From a plasmid: 64,000 bases of DNA. Location: sequence record NZ_CP041047.1. One strand, 5' to 3'. The notes beneath the pieces were generated by a model. That model searched no databases. It was not told where the DNA came from and saw nothing but the letters and a program-made list of their open reading frames with translations. Shown piece after piece: positions 40,172-50,440 of the stretch (the stretch's first letter is position 1; each line of letters begins with the position of its first letter). Made by a program: the position numbers and the translations under genes.

Positions 40172-40852
40172 ATGCCAAACACTAACGACTCGCTGACAGG
40201 ACTCAACGTCGAGCTCGTTGGTGCATCGAAACAAGAGTTTACTCTCCTCACTGAAAACCATCTGATGCGCCGCATCATAGTGGCTTTATCTGAGTTAATG
40301 CGTAACGCGGAAGGCGTGATGATTGATTCTCATGTTTACCCGTGGGATCAAGTTCTCCCTGCTGCGATGGACATTCCATCATCCAACGCTTCTGATGAAG
40401 AGATACAGAACTGGATGATCAGTGCCTGTAAGGAGTGGCAGTGCGAATACAATCGCCGGGTTCAGTCGTTTACCGCATCAGAAGTAAAAAGCAAAAGCGA
40501 CACCGAGAACGATAACCTATTCCTGCTGAATATCACCAACCTAGCCCATATGCTGATTGACCGGTTACTGCCGTTTGTCAGTATCGAGGAGATTAATCAT
40601 GAGGATCCAGATTTACTCCCCCAAGTTATTGATATCGTGAATTATATGGTTGGTGTTATAAATGGTACAACCAGCACACAACAAGTCAGACAAGAATTGT
40701 TTACTGCCGGTGCTGATGACGCAGTATTTGCACTCAAACTAAAGCACAAAGAGCTAACCAGCCGGGGTGAAGATGCTGGATGGCTTGAAGAGGCAATGAA
40801 GATAATCGAAGAAAACAAACGCCAATCCATCGACTTTATGCAGCGCAGCTAA
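40172..40852 (+). CDS. Hypothetical protein (226 aa)
   Basis: ORF only. Confidence 0.35.
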   Translation: MPNTNDSLTGLNVELVGASKQEFTLLTENHLMRRIIVALSELMRNAEGVMIDSHVYPWDQVLPAAMDIPSSNASDEEIQNWMISACKEWQCEYNRRVQSFTASEVKSKSDTENDNLFLLNITNLAHMLIDRLLPFVSIEEINHEDPDLLPQVIDIVNYMVGVINGTTSTQQVRQELFTAGADDAVFALKLKHKELTSRGEDAGWLEEAMKIIEENKRQSIDFMQRS

Positions 40853-40879
40853 TCGTTCCCATAATAAAAGGGTAATGCT

Positions 40880-41194
40880 ATGAGTAAACATCTGTACTGT
40901 ATTAAGGGTGTTTTAAAACCCAGGAAATTTTCTGTAAGTCTGATAAGAAATAAACTTAGCTCATTTGGTTTAAGGGGAAGTACTCTTCGTAGCGAAACCG
41001 CTCGCATTCTTGCCGGGCCAATAGATGGTATTAAGGGTACGTATCCCTTCGGCTGGTCAGAAGAACATTTTGACCGCAGGATGAAACGCATATTCATTCG
41101 CGCCGGTAATGCTTCCAGACTTTCTGATAATCGTCCATTTGCATTAAAACGACGCAGCGCTTTAACTATCAGTAAAAAGTATCTTTCTGTGTAA
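40880..41194 (+). CDS. Hypothetical protein (104 aa)
   Basis: ORF only. Confidence 0.3.
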   Translation: MSKHLYCIKGVLKPRKFSVSLIRNKLSSFGLRGSTLRSETARILAGPIDGIKGTYPFGWSEEHFDRRMKRIFIRAGNASRLSDNRPFALKRRSALTISKKYLSV

Positions 41195-41211
41195 CCACCA
41201 GCAGACGAGTT

Positions 41212-41574
41212 TTACTCGTCTGCCTGGCCCCATGCCTCTAATCTTCGCACCCGAAATGAAGTTGCCTGGAGTTCTCCTGATGAAGTTAACTCAAATGAAA
41301 CTGTAAGATCGTTTTTGTTCCGGTACTTCCATACATAGCCATTTTGCTGCAATGTTTTGAGTGACTTACGTAGGTTGGGCTCAGCTACATCCTGGCTGTC
41401 TGGAACAGAGTTAATAAACCCCAGCAACCTGGTGAATGGCACTATCGCAGTGCCTTTTTCTTTGCACAAAAGAAGAAGTACCAACGCATCCTTCTGAATA
41501 CGGGAAAAGCGCTCCAGGCGATGTTCAGTACCATCTCCCTGCATATTGGCATTGTTCATAATCAACCTAATCAT
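41212..41574 (-). CDS. Hypothetical protein, possible wHTH (120 aa)
   Basis: Opposite-strand ORF. Confidence 0.35.
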   Translation of the reverse strand: MIRLIMNNANMQGDGTEHRLERFSRIQKDALVLLLLCKEKGTAIVPFTRLLGFINSVPDSQDVAEPNLRKSLKTLQQNGYVWKYRNKNDLTVSFELTSSGELQATSFRVRRLEAWGQADE

Positions 41575-41692
41575 ATGGGATATGATTAAGGTTAAAAAAC
41601 ACCCCCCGTTTTGTCACCCTTTTTTTTTCTTACTCACCACTTAAAGCAGTAAGCTCAGTTCGATAAATCTGAATTAAATAAGGCGAGGTTAT

Positions 41693-42106
41693 ATGAAAAC
41701 GAAATTATTGCTGGCGCTAATTGCGGGATCGACTTTCTGCATCAATATTGCTGAAGCCAATATTCCTCTTAGAGCAGATGGAAGTCCGGCAGCGGGGCAG
41801 ACACCAACTCAGTTCATTCAGCTTAAAAATGAATGTCCTGAATGCGTCATGGTCGCAACTGATGTAGTAAAGATGCGTAGCGATAGCTGTAAACAGCAGG
41901 CATCCATCGATTCTACAATCCTACAGGATCCTGTTTACGCATATCTCAACAGTATCCGTCTGGTAGTTGCCGGGAATGGTGGTTATGCAAGTCCAATCTA
42001 TACATCCGCCCGTCAGGTCGTAGCGTCAAACATCAATTGCAGTGATGCAAACGACTGGGTAGCGAGAAGTAAAACGGTAATGGATAACACCTTCAAAACG
42101 CCGTAA
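41693..42106 (+). CDS. Hypothetical secreted protein (137 aa)
   Basis: Signal peptide MKTKLLLALIAGSTFCINIAEA. Confidence 0.4.
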   Translation: MKTKLLLALIAGSTFCINIAEANIPLRADGSPAAGQTPTQFIQLKNECPECVMVATDVVKMRSDSCKQQASIDSTILQDPVYAYLNSIRLVVAGNGGYASPIYTSARQVVASNINCSDANDWVARSKTVMDNTFKTP

Positions 42107-42210
42107 ACAATCCCTGAATATTTCGTTGCAGTAATGCTATCCCGTAGTATGACGTTAAAGGCGGAGCTTTGAATCGGGAAAAAATAACTACTGCACTTAG
42201 AGGTATTTAT

Positions 42211-42495
42211 ATGGGTCGTCACTTTACTGGTCTGATTGATAGTTCGCAGCAAAATTTTACAATGCCAATCCGTCCGTATGGACGGAGCCGCATGGCTGCA
42301 AAATTAAAAGGAATCTCCCGATTGAAAAAATCTGAAAAGCATGACGATGAATATCCTGATGAACTCTGGAAATTTATGAGTCCTTCAGAGAAAGCTAAAT
42401 TTCTGGTCGCGGATGTATTTTCACGCAGTAGTAAAGACTCTTCCGCCATTCAACCGGGAGAACATAAGCAAAAGGAGCATGATAATGAGCACTGA
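42211..42495 (+). CDS. Hypothetical protein
   Basis: ORF with an AGAGGT RBS. Confidence 0.3.
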   Translation: MGRHFTGLIDSSQQNFTMPIRPYGRSRMAAKLKGISRLKKSEKHDDEYPDELWKFMSPSEKAKFLVADVFSRSSKDSSAIQPGEHKQKEHDNEH

Positions 42496-42829
42496 TAATT
42501 TACTAGCAGAACTCACTTCAAAAACAGGCCTGACAGAAACGGAACTTAATCGGCAGGCATTGATTATCGGTTTGATGGCATTGTGCCACCCGGATGCTAT
42601 TGCCGGTGATTTGGTGAGCGCGGCACTTACGGGGTCATACTCAGATAGTACTGATAAACTACTTACCCGTGGTGATAACGCATCAGACAGTGTGTTGATG
42701 TCCATGCGTATCTTACTTCACCGGTTGAGTAAGTATGAAGGGTCTGATGGCAAAGTAGGTCAGATCAATAAAATGATGCACCGACTCGGCTACTTTAAGG
42801 CATCCGATGTGTTACGCGAGGCTCAATAA
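42485..42829 (+). CDS. Hypothetical protein
   Basis: ORF. AAGGAG RBS 7 nt upstream. Confidence 0.3.
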   Translation: MSTDNLLAELTSKTGLTETELNRQALIIGLMALCHPDAIAGDLVSAALTGSYSDSTDKLLTRGDNASDSVLMSMRILLHRLSKYEGSDGKVGQINKMMHRLGYFKASDVLREAQ

Positions 42830-42841
42830 AGAGGCTCAATT

Positions 42842-43142
42842 TATGTTCACCATGACGAATTTCGCGTCCAATATTCTTGACATGGTTTTTCTATCAGAAA
42901 TGGAAGGGGAACTCATTTATATAAAAGCGCTTAGCGGCGTTACTGGTTACGTTCCTCAGATCCATCTTTTCCGCCTCCAGCTTATCGCATTTGATATAGG
43001 TTGGTACTACGAGTACAGATTGAATTCAGGCAACCTCATTATAAAGGAAATTGTTGAGGCCATCACATCTCTTGGATGTGCTTTAAATGAATACCAATGG
43101 CAGTTCGCGTTTGAATTAGGTTATCGCCGTCACCACAAATAA
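42842..43142 (+). CDS. Hypothetical protein
   Basis: ORF. AAGAGG RBS. Confidence 0.3.
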
Positions 43143-43229
43143 ACTTCATTTTTTCATAATTTGCTATTCGTCACTTGATTGACCGGGGGTACGATTAATT
43201 TAACACGGATAATTATGGGAGACAGTAAA

Positions 43230-44498
43230 ATGACAGACGCATCTACAATAGACGCAGTTCAACCAAAGGCAAGACGCTTATCATTTAAAGAGCTTCCAGG
43301 GTTTGATATTTCTGCTGAAGCACTTCTCAAAATTATCGAAATGCCGTGTATGGTTATTCGCCGGTCTCCTGCAATGAAAGTACTGGAGATGATCACGCTG
43401 CGGTTACGTGGGGATTGTCTTTCTGCCCTTGGCATTGACTTAAACTCTGCCCAAATTACCAGTAAAGGGACGGTATCGGGGGGCAATGGTGATATGGACG
43501 TATCAGTACCTGCAACACAACTCTTTTCTTTAATCCGCAACATGCGCGGCGAAGATGAAATTAACGTCCGCTTCCATGCGGCAAAAAACCATCTTGTCAT
43601 TCGCACCGACAAAAACTCCTATAACATCCCGGTTTGCTTAGACCATATACCCGAAATTCAGGCTGAGACGCTGGAACATAATTACAGCGTTTACTTTCCA
43701 ACGCAGATGCTGAGTCAGATTATCAAGCGTGTCAGCCACGCTGCGGCTCAGAACGATGTCCGCTTTTATATGAATGGGGTCTACCTCGGTATCGATAATG
43801 GCCAATTTATTGCTGTAGCCACTGATGGACATCGTATGGCCGTCAGTTCTCATGATATCGACTTCAGCGATGACGTGGGCGATGAGATTCAATCTCCGAC
43901 AGCTCCTACCTCTATCAGTAACACGAATGCAGGTGTGATTTTACCCAACGGGGTTTTCCCCGTGCTCCATAAAATCCTGAGCGGTAGCCAGGGTCAATTC
44001 AAAATTGACTACAGCAACCGTAACCTGACATTTACGCTCGGAAGCCATACAGTCATTTCAAATCTTGTCGATGGCCGTTACCCGGACTGGAAGCGCGTGG
44101 CCAGCACGGTAGCCAAAAATACTGAACTGTTTAAGGTTGATCCTTCTGAACTCACCACCGCACTAAAACGCGCAACCCCATTGCTTAAAGAGGGCTCGCC
44201 AAACAACACCAGTGTTTGTGTGATGTCATTCAAAGACAACGCCCTACAGCTTAAGTCGCCCGGCTCAAATGCAATCAGTTGCAAAGAGGTGATGGACATT
44301 GCGAAAGAGGCAGGCGAGCCCGAAACAATTGTTGATATCGGTATGAATGCCGATTACCTCCTGGAATCACTGGCAAGCCTGGGGGCGTGTTCGGAAGAAG
44401 GAGAAGCCGCACAGATTGCTTTGCGTGATACAACGACCGGCATATTGATTTCAGTAAACAAAAACAATTACGACATCATCATGCCTGTCCGTGTCTGA
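43230..44498 (+). CDS. DNA polymerase III beta-subunit (sliding clamp, DnaN)-like protein
   Basis: Three-domain length (about 420 aa). FYMNGVYLGIDNGQFIAVATDGHRMAV, GRYPDWKRV, IGMNADYLLESL and the C-terminal ...IIMPVRV align with conserved DnaN blocks. Confidence 0.6.
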   Translation: MTDASTIDAVQPKARRLSFKELPGFDISAEALLKIIEMPCMVIRRSPAMKVLEMITLRLRGDCLSALGIDLNSAQITSKGTVSGGNGDMDVSVPATQLFSLIRNMRGEDEINVRFHAAKNHLVIRTDKNSYNIPVCLDHIPEIQAETLEHNYSVYFPTQMLSQIIKRVSHAAAQNDVRFYMNGVYLGIDNGQFIAVATDGHRMAVSSHDIDFSDDVGDEIQSPTAPTSISNTNAGVILPNGVFPVLHKILSGSQGQFKIDYSNRNLTFTLGSHTVISNLVDGRYPDWKRVASTVAKNTELFKVDPSELTTALKRATPLLKEGSPNNTSVCVMSFKDNALQLKSPGSNAISCKEVMDIAKEAGEPETIVDIGMNADYLLESLASLGACSEEGEAAQIALRDTTTGILISVNKNNYDIIMPVRV

Positions 44499-44648
44499 CA
44501 AAACGCTCTCGTTTTGTCGGCCTTTTCGAAATAGCCAATTTCATGGGCGTGATAACGTTAAAACAAGCTTCCTGACGGGATGGCTATATGCCATCTCGCT
44601 CCCATTGGTCGCGATCACTGCGTCCTAATATTCTGGAGCCAGAATGAA

Positions 44649-45470
44649 ATGAAAAGCGTTCTGAAGTGGGTAGGAGCCAAACACAACATTATGGCAAGTC
44701 TTAAGCATGTACTACCGAAAGGTGGTCGGCTTATTGAGCCCTTTGGCGGTTCAGGCGCTGTAATGATGAATACGAATTACCCAGAATACATTTTGGCCGA
44801 TATTAATAGCGACCTGATCGATACATACCAGAGTATTTTTAAGTCGCCTGAAAAGGTACTTTCTGAGCTTAAACGCCTTTACTGTCTCGGGCGTTCTGAG
44901 GACGCCTATTATGAGCTGCGAAGCCAGTTCAATAATCATGATAGTGCAAGTGACACTCAAGCTGCTCTGTTTATCTATCTGAATAGGTTTGGCCATCGCG
45001 GACTATGCCGATACAACCGGAAAGGCATCTTTAACGTCCCCTGGGGTTATTACGCCAACCCCTATCTCCCAGAGACAGAGTTATACGCAATGGCTGAGAA
45101 AATGTCCTCAGCAACTTTACTTTGCGCCAGCTTCCAGACCACGCTATCAATGGCCCGCCCGGGTGATGTGGTGTATTGCGACCCACCATATGTTAATCCC
45201 GGCAGATTCACGGCTTACCATGCCAGCGGTTTTACACCCGCTATGCAGATTGAGCTTACCAAACTGCTCCAGTTGCTGCCTGAACGCGGGGTTCATGTCA
45301 TCGCATCATGCCACGATGCGCCTGATATTCGTGAGCTTTATCAAGCCTTCGCTATTCATGGTGTGACTGCCCGGAGAAGCATATTTAAAGGCAGCGGGGA
45401 TGGGAAAAAAGCTTCAGAAATCTTCGCGGTCAAATTAGCGGATAACTCGAAAAAGGGAGCTGCGGCATGA
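44649..45470 (+). CDS. Dam-family N6-adenine DNA methyltransferase (orphan; no cognate endonuclease seen)
   Basis: LKWVGAK, FGGSGAV (motif I) and DPPY (motif IV) in alpha-class order. Confidence 0.75.
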   Translation: MKSVLKWVGAKHNIMASLKHVLPKGGRLIEPFGGSGAVMMNTNYPEYILADINSDLIDTYQSIFKSPEKVLSELKRLYCLGRSEDAYYELRSQFNNHDSASDTQAALFIYLNRFGHRGLCRYNRKGIFNVPWGYYANPYLPETELYAMAEKMSSATLLCASFQTTLSMARPGDVVYCDPPYVNPGRFTAYHASGFTPAMQIELTKLLQLLPERGVHVIASCHDAPDIRELYQAFAIHGVTARRSIFKGSGDGKKASEIFAVKLADNSKKGAAA

Positions 45471-45697
45471 AACGCTTCCATTGTTCTGAAAAGCTGCATA
45501 ACCCAGAGACTGAGAAATTTTGTCAGGATATCGCCGAACAATATCGGACAGCACCTGATATTGCCGTGGCGCAGTTTAAACAAGTGCTGAGCTCTAAGCC
45601 TCTAACTTACTGGGAGTGTGTCGTGATCCGCGAGCGTGTCTCTGACCTTATTAAAATTAATCAAGCAACAGCTGAGGGCCACGATGAGCCAATTTAA
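45467..45697 (+). CDS. Hypothetical protein (76 aa)
   Basis: Overlaps the Dam stop. Confidence 0.3.
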   Translation: MKRFHCSEKLHNPETEKFCQDIAEQYRTAPDIAVAQFKQVLSSKPLTYWECVVIRERVSDLIKINQATAEGHDEPI

Positions 45698-46667
45698 ACC
45701 CAAAAGCCTTGTAGTCTACCGCATCCAAAAAGCTCTGGAATTAGACAAGCTGGATGAACAGTTAAGTGAGTTGAAATACACTCCCTGCGGGCCTAATGAT
45801 ATGGCACGGTCAGGATGGATCCCGCCATTGGGTGAAGATGTCGAGCTGTTAAAGCATGAGTCGAATAATCTCATTCTTCTGACTGTTAAGCACGAATCGA
45901 AAATACTTCCTCCCGCGACCATCAAAGAAATTGTGCGAACCCGGGTTCAGAAACTGGAGAAAGAGCAAAACCGCAGGCTAAAGAAAATGGAGATCCAGGC
46001 CGTCAACGATGCCGTGCTCGCTGAGCTCATACCAAAGGCTTTCAGCAAATACAGCACTACAAACATTTGGGTGGATACTAAATCACGTCTACTGCTTGTT
46101 GAGACCACCAGCCATAAAAAAGCAGATGATGTAACAGCTTTGCTACGTAAAACTATTGGCTCACTTCCAATTATCCCATTCACGCTGGAAACGCCGGTAG
46201 AACTGACGTTAACAGAGTGGGTCAAAACAGGAAGTCTGCCGCCTGGCCTAGCTTTATGCGACGAAGCCACGCTCAAAGATGTGCTCGAAAACGGGGGGGT
46301 CGTTACAACAAAACGCCAGGATTTGATATGTGATGAGATCGCTCATCACATCGAGGCCGGAAAGCTTGTGACAAAGGTTGCACTGGGCTGGATGAACCAG
46401 ATGTTTTTCATCCTGAATGACAATTTCATCTTTTCACGACTGACCTTTACGGAAGAACTTATTGAACAGAACGATGACATTTCGCCAGAAGATCACGCCC
46501 AAAGATTTGATGCCGATTTCGTTTTGTTTACCTCTGTTGTTATGGAGGTTCTGGACACAATGATAAAAGCCCTCGGGGGTGAAAGCCCAGGACTCATCAC
46601 AACGCCGTCAGACGAACAACAAGGTGTCGCGGCAGAAGCCAAACAACCAGAAAAAACCTTCCATTAA
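45684..46667 (+). CDS. rdgC: Recombination-associated protein RdgC homolog
   Basis: Collinear with E. coli RdgC: ...YTPCGPNDMARSGWIPP..., KKMEIQAVNDAVLAELIPKAFSKYSTTNIWVD, LTLTEWVKTGSLP, RFDADFVLFT. Confidence 0.75.
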   Translation: MSQFKPKSLVVYRIQKALELDKLDEQLSELKYTPCGPNDMARSGWIPPLGEDVELLKHESNNLILLTVKHESKILPPATIKEIVRTRVQKLEKEQNRRLKKMEIQAVNDAVLAELIPKAFSKYSTTNIWVDTKSRLLLVETTSHKKADDVTALLRKTIGSLPIIPFTLETPVELTLTEWVKTGSLPPGLALCDEATLKDVLENGGVVTTKRQDLICDEIAHHIEAGKLVTKVALGWMNQMFFILNDNFIFSRLTFTEELIEQNDDISPEDHAQRFDADFVLFTSVVMEVLDTMIKALGGESPGLITTPSDEQQGVAAEAKQPEKTFH

Positions 46668-46678
46668 AGGGCTGAGAG

Positions 46679-47557
46679 ATGATTACAGCTACAGAACTCC
46701 AAGAGTTATCACGCCAGGTTGAAAATGCTAACATTGCCCGAGCCCTGGCAGTTAAAGAGTTGGTTAAAGAGACAAGAGATCGTCAGTTTTCATTGTGGGC
46801 GCTATTTATTGGTCTCTTCAGAGAGACACCGGCGCGAAAAAAGCTGAACGAATGTGAATTGCATCTTAACCTGCTGCTGCCAAAATGCAGGAGCATCTTT
46901 CTTCAATACGTAGTTATGTCCTCGTTGGAAGAAATTTCGAAATCACCAGATTGTGAGATTTATCAGCATCTAGTCAACTGCTGGAAAGAAGCTCAGATAA
47001 AATATAACGAGTCAGGCAGACGACTCAAACTTGCAGAAAATGCCCGTGAACTATTAAAAACAGCAAAGGATGAATGTAATAGTGCTTCCACAACTGAATT
47101 TCTGGATATGGTTACTACCAGTAAAGCAATATCCATACTTTCAGCAATAGACACATCCTCTGCGAGTAGTTCGTTAAAGAGAGCTATGGGTGCGCTTAAG
47201 CGATTAGCAGATGAAATGCCTGCCCGGCAATCACCTATTGATTCAAATTTACCAGATGACACGCTTGATCTGTTTGTCGATCTGACTATAAATCCTGTTA
47301 TCGATATTCTCTCCTGGTTAAATATTGAAAAGCTGGATAATGCCGAAGTGCAGTGCAGCAAAGCCTTAAAGAAACTTCAGACGTTATTAGGACAACTGGG
47401 TGCTGAGCATGATTTGAGAACTAAGGATTATCAATCTCAATTAGATACGCTTAAGAGAATTGAACAACCATACATCAAAAAGGTGATGCGGCATATACCC
47501 GAAAATATGAAGTTCAAGGAGCCTGAGTATCTCCAGACTATAGGAATGAACCCATGA
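46679..47557 (+). CDS. Hypothetical alpha-helical protein (292 aa), first gene of a 3-gene operon
   Basis: Its stop overlaps the next gene's start. Confidence 0.4.
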   Translation: MITATELQELSRQVENANIARALAVKELVKETRDRQFSLWALFIGLFRETPARKKLNECELHLNLLLPKCRSIFLQYVVMSSLEEISKSPDCEIYQHLVNCWKEAQIKYNESGRRLKLAENARELLKTAKDECNSASTTEFLDMVTTSKAISILSAIDTSSASSSLKRAMGALKRLADEMPARQSPIDSNLPDDTLDLFVDLTINPVIDILSWLNIEKLDNAEVQCSKALKKLQTLLGQLGAEHDLRTKDYQSQLDTLKRIEQPYIKKVMRHIPENMKFKEPEYLQTIGMNP

Positions 47558-48156
47558 CTCTAAAATATATAATCGCTCTCGCAATATTTCTGACATTTGT
47601 GTGCTTTGCAGCTTTCATACTTATCTACGCGAGTCGAACAAAACGAGAACAACAACAAACTCAGCAACCTTTGGACGAGCATGATCAGCAGGCAGATATT
47701 AATGCCGATGCCGACGAGAACGCCGCACTTGATGGGTTGAGCGAGTACTTCATCAAAAAAAATTCGATATTGCCAAAAGTCCTGATGGATCTTTATGTGC
47801 GCTTGAGTGCGGTGTTCAATGGTCAGTACATTATCGCACCCCAGGTGCTTGCCCGGGACTTAGTAGAGCTGGAGCTCGAAGATGAACCGGTTGCCCCGGT
47901 TGACGTACTTCAGGCGCAACAGTACGCAGATGAATTCGTGTTCGATTTTGTTCTCTCCGATGCGCATACCGGGGAACTAGTGCTAGCAATGATCAATGAA
48001 GATGCTATCAGCGCTCAGCCTGAAGGAGAGTTCATTATTGCCCTTTTTAAAAGAACTCACATTCCTGTCTTTCGCTATGAAACGTTGTCAGGCTTGGACG
48101 ATAACGCCCTGGCAGTCAACATCGCTGAATCAATAGACGATGGCCGATTCTCTTAG
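47554..48156 (+). CDS. Membrane-anchored DUF2726 (NERD-like) domain protein
   Basis: N-terminal TM helix, acidic linker, then FDFVLSD..LVLAMINED..HIPVFRYE matching the DUF2726 pattern. Confidence 0.5.
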   Translation: MTLKYIIALAIFLTFVCFAAFILIYASRTKREQQQTQQPLDEHDQQADINADADENAALDGLSEYFIKKNSILPKVLMDLYVRLSAVFNGQYIIAPQVLARDLVELELEDEPVAPVDVLQAQQYADEFVFDFVLSDAHTGELVLAMINEDAISAQPEGEFIIALFKRTHIPVFRYETLSGLDDNALAVNIAESIDDGRFS

Positions 48157-48174
48157 TTCCACAAGGAATTTATT

Positions 48175-48603
48175 ATGTCTCTGTCAAAAAAACAAAGAAT
48201 AGTACTGAGGGCTAAATTTGGTGGTCGATGTGCATATTGTGGCGAGGTACTGAAAGAAAAAGGTTGGCACGCTGATCACGTAGAACCTGTGCTAAGGAAA
48301 TCCGTACAGGATATGCAAGCTGCGGCCAGAGGGAAATTTAAGCTTAAGGCTACCGGTGAAGTGTTTAATGAAAGTGCCAACTGCTTAGAAAATCTTTTCC
48401 CAGCCTGTGCGCCCTGCAATCTGCTCAAAACAACATATTCACTGGAAATGTTCCGCAAACAAATAAGTTTACAGGTTGAAAGGGCACGGAAGAGTAGTAT
48501 GAATTTCAGAACGGCAGAAAGATTCGGCCAGATAAGCATTGTAGAGAAACCCATTGTTTTCTGGTTTGAACAGTATTCAGAGAAAAATGGTGCTATCAAA
48601 TAA
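48175..48603 (+). CDS. HNH endonuclease
   Basis: CAYCG...HADHVEP...CAPCN zinc/HNH motif. Confidence 0.65.
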   Translation: MSLSKKQRIVLRAKFGGRCAYCGEVLKEKGWHADHVEPVLRKSVQDMQAAARGKFKLKATGEVFNESANCLENLFPACAPCNLLKTTYSLEMFRKQISLQVERARKSSMNFRTAERFGQISIVEKPIVFWFEQYSEKNGAIK

Positions 48604-48700
48604 ACGACTAATTTAACATTATCATGGCGCGTATCGCGCACTGCTTCGTCAAATATTCAGCCGTGATAATATTGTTTAGTAGGCCCATTACGGAGCGTAT

Positions 48701-49183
48701 ATGACTAATCATACAAACTGGACTGGAGACCTGACCGAAGGCGCAACTATATTTGTAGCCACACCAGATGGCCAGCTCAGCAAATGTAGAGTCGAGTCCG
48801 TTCGAGACCGACATTTCTCGGTCGAGGGTATTGAACGTGAATTCGATAAGTTGAATGCCTGCTCAGTTGATGGGTTACTACACTCTTACCCCGACGATTT
48901 CGAGTCGAGGGAGTTATTTGGTCTGTGCCAGCAAAAAAACAGGCTCAAGTCTCTGCAAATTGATTCATTATCGTTACAGCAAGTCCAGTACATGCTGGCT
49001 GGCCTGGAACTTGCCAGGAAGAGATATGGATACCAGTACCGAGGCAGCAAAGCCGTAGATACCAATCAGAAGGGTAGACTGGCCATGAGCATTGATGATT
49101 CGCTTCACCCAATTCAGATCGCTTATATACTGGCAGGTTTAAAATTATCTCTCCTTCAAACAGAGGTGAACCATGACTGCTAA
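48701..49183 (+). CDS. Hypothetical protein (160 aa)
   Basis: ORF only. Confidence 0.3.
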   Translation: MTNHTNWTGDLTEGATIFVATPDGQLSKCRVESVRDRHFSVEGIEREFDKLNACSVDGLLHSYPDDFESRELFGLCQQKNRLKSLQIDSLSLQQVQYMLAGLELARKRYGYQYRGSKAVDTNQKGRLAMSIDDSLHPIQIAYILAGLKLSLLQTEVNHDC

Positions 49184-49613
49184 CCAACGTAAACGTCCTT
49201 CGCGTAACAATCGAGCTGTCCAGTTAACGTCCGAGCAGCTGGTAGAAGCGAAGACGCTTGACCTGAAAGCCCACCATTCGTTTAAAAACCTTATGGGTCT
49301 TGCTGCAATCAGTGTCGTGGTGTTTGTCTGTCTTGGCTCCTTGATCCATAAACAACGCTCAGTAATGAACGAATGGGACCTGGGTGAAGTGATCAGAGGC
49401 GTTGATTTGAAAGCCGGAACCCTCGCAAAAAACAACTTTTTCATCACCAACAAAGGGCAGTTTGAAGCAAGTGGCGTTACAGTGTCACTTACGGGTACAA
49501 AACTGAAATTACAGCAGCATCAGGACGGAAAATATTACGTTTGTAATTCTGCAACAGGTGATTGTGTTCTGGTATCCGATGTACAAGCTGAAAAAATTCG
49601 TGACCAGCTGTAG
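49173..49613 (+). CDS. Hypothetical membrane protein (146 aa)
   Basis: One TM helix. Confidence 0.3.
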   Translation: MTANQRKRPSRNNRAVQLTSEQLVEAKTLDLKAHHSFKNLMGLAAISVVVFVCLGSLIHKQRSVMNEWDLGEVIRGVDLKAGTLAKNNFFITNKGQFEASGVTVSLTGTKLKLQQHQDGKYYVCNSATGDCVLVSDVQAEKIRDQL

Positions 49614-49664
49614 CGAGGGGAAAATATCGGTTACTGTCACCGGTAACCGAAGGAACCTTCGTAT

Positions 49665-50249
49665 ATGTCACGACAAGAAGCCGCAACGCAGTTATTTATG
49701 TCTGCACCACCAGCAAGTATTGATGTCGTTATTGAGCAGCTGGAAAGGGACGCTCAAGCAGCCGGTATCGATATCCATACAATCTCTGTAATGGCCAGCC
49801 TGTTACGTGATCGAATAGAAGCATACAGTGACGTGCTTAAAATCGAGCCTGAGCGGGTGATACACGCACTTGAGGTACTGCGAGGTACGGAAGTGCCGTG
49901 GGCTTTTTACACTCCGTCCAGGCTACCTGAGCTTGAAGATGTTCATTGCTGGGAAACTCCTCACGATTTTGACCAAGACCTAGGTGAACACCAGCTGCGG
50001 CGCTATATTTGCCCTAAATGCGAGCATGAATCAACCGACCCAATGCGCTGCACGGCTGGCCATGCTCCTGGAGTTAACCAGTATCCTGAAAGCTGTGATG
50101 CCACTATCTGGAATTCGCCCGATTCTTGGGATAGTATTAACCCTATAATAAAATTAATTATCAAATCTACGTTCCTGGCTGACCTGACTGTTCATACAAT
50201 CTTCTATCCAAAAGGGTTGAAGCTTCCTGAAATTCAGGACGTTGAGTAG
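49665..50249 (+). CDS. Hypothetical protein (194 aa) with Cys/His cluster
   Basis: CPKCEHESTDPMRCTAGH. Confidence 0.3.
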   Translation: MSRQEAATQLFMSAPPASIDVVIEQLERDAQAAGIDIHTISVMASLLRDRIEAYSDVLKIEPERVIHALEVLRGTEVPWAFYTPSRLPELEDVHCWETPHDFDQDLGEHQLRRYICPKCEHESTDPMRCTAGHAPGVNQYPESCDATIWNSPDSWDSINPIIKLIIKSTFLADLTVHTIFYPKGLKLPEIQDVE

Positions 50250-50440
50250 TCTGCTTCGGGCTCTGTGATCTGATAGTTATATATACCTCATTTAAGACCC
50301 CTTACTGGGGTCTCTTTTTTTGGACTTCCGCCGTGCTATGTACTTCACGGTATCCCCAAATATCCCGGCTTATGTAGTTCGTCGATTTGCTTCGTCACCT
50401 GCCATACCTGTCTCATAATTTCTCTATTTGGAGAAATCTG

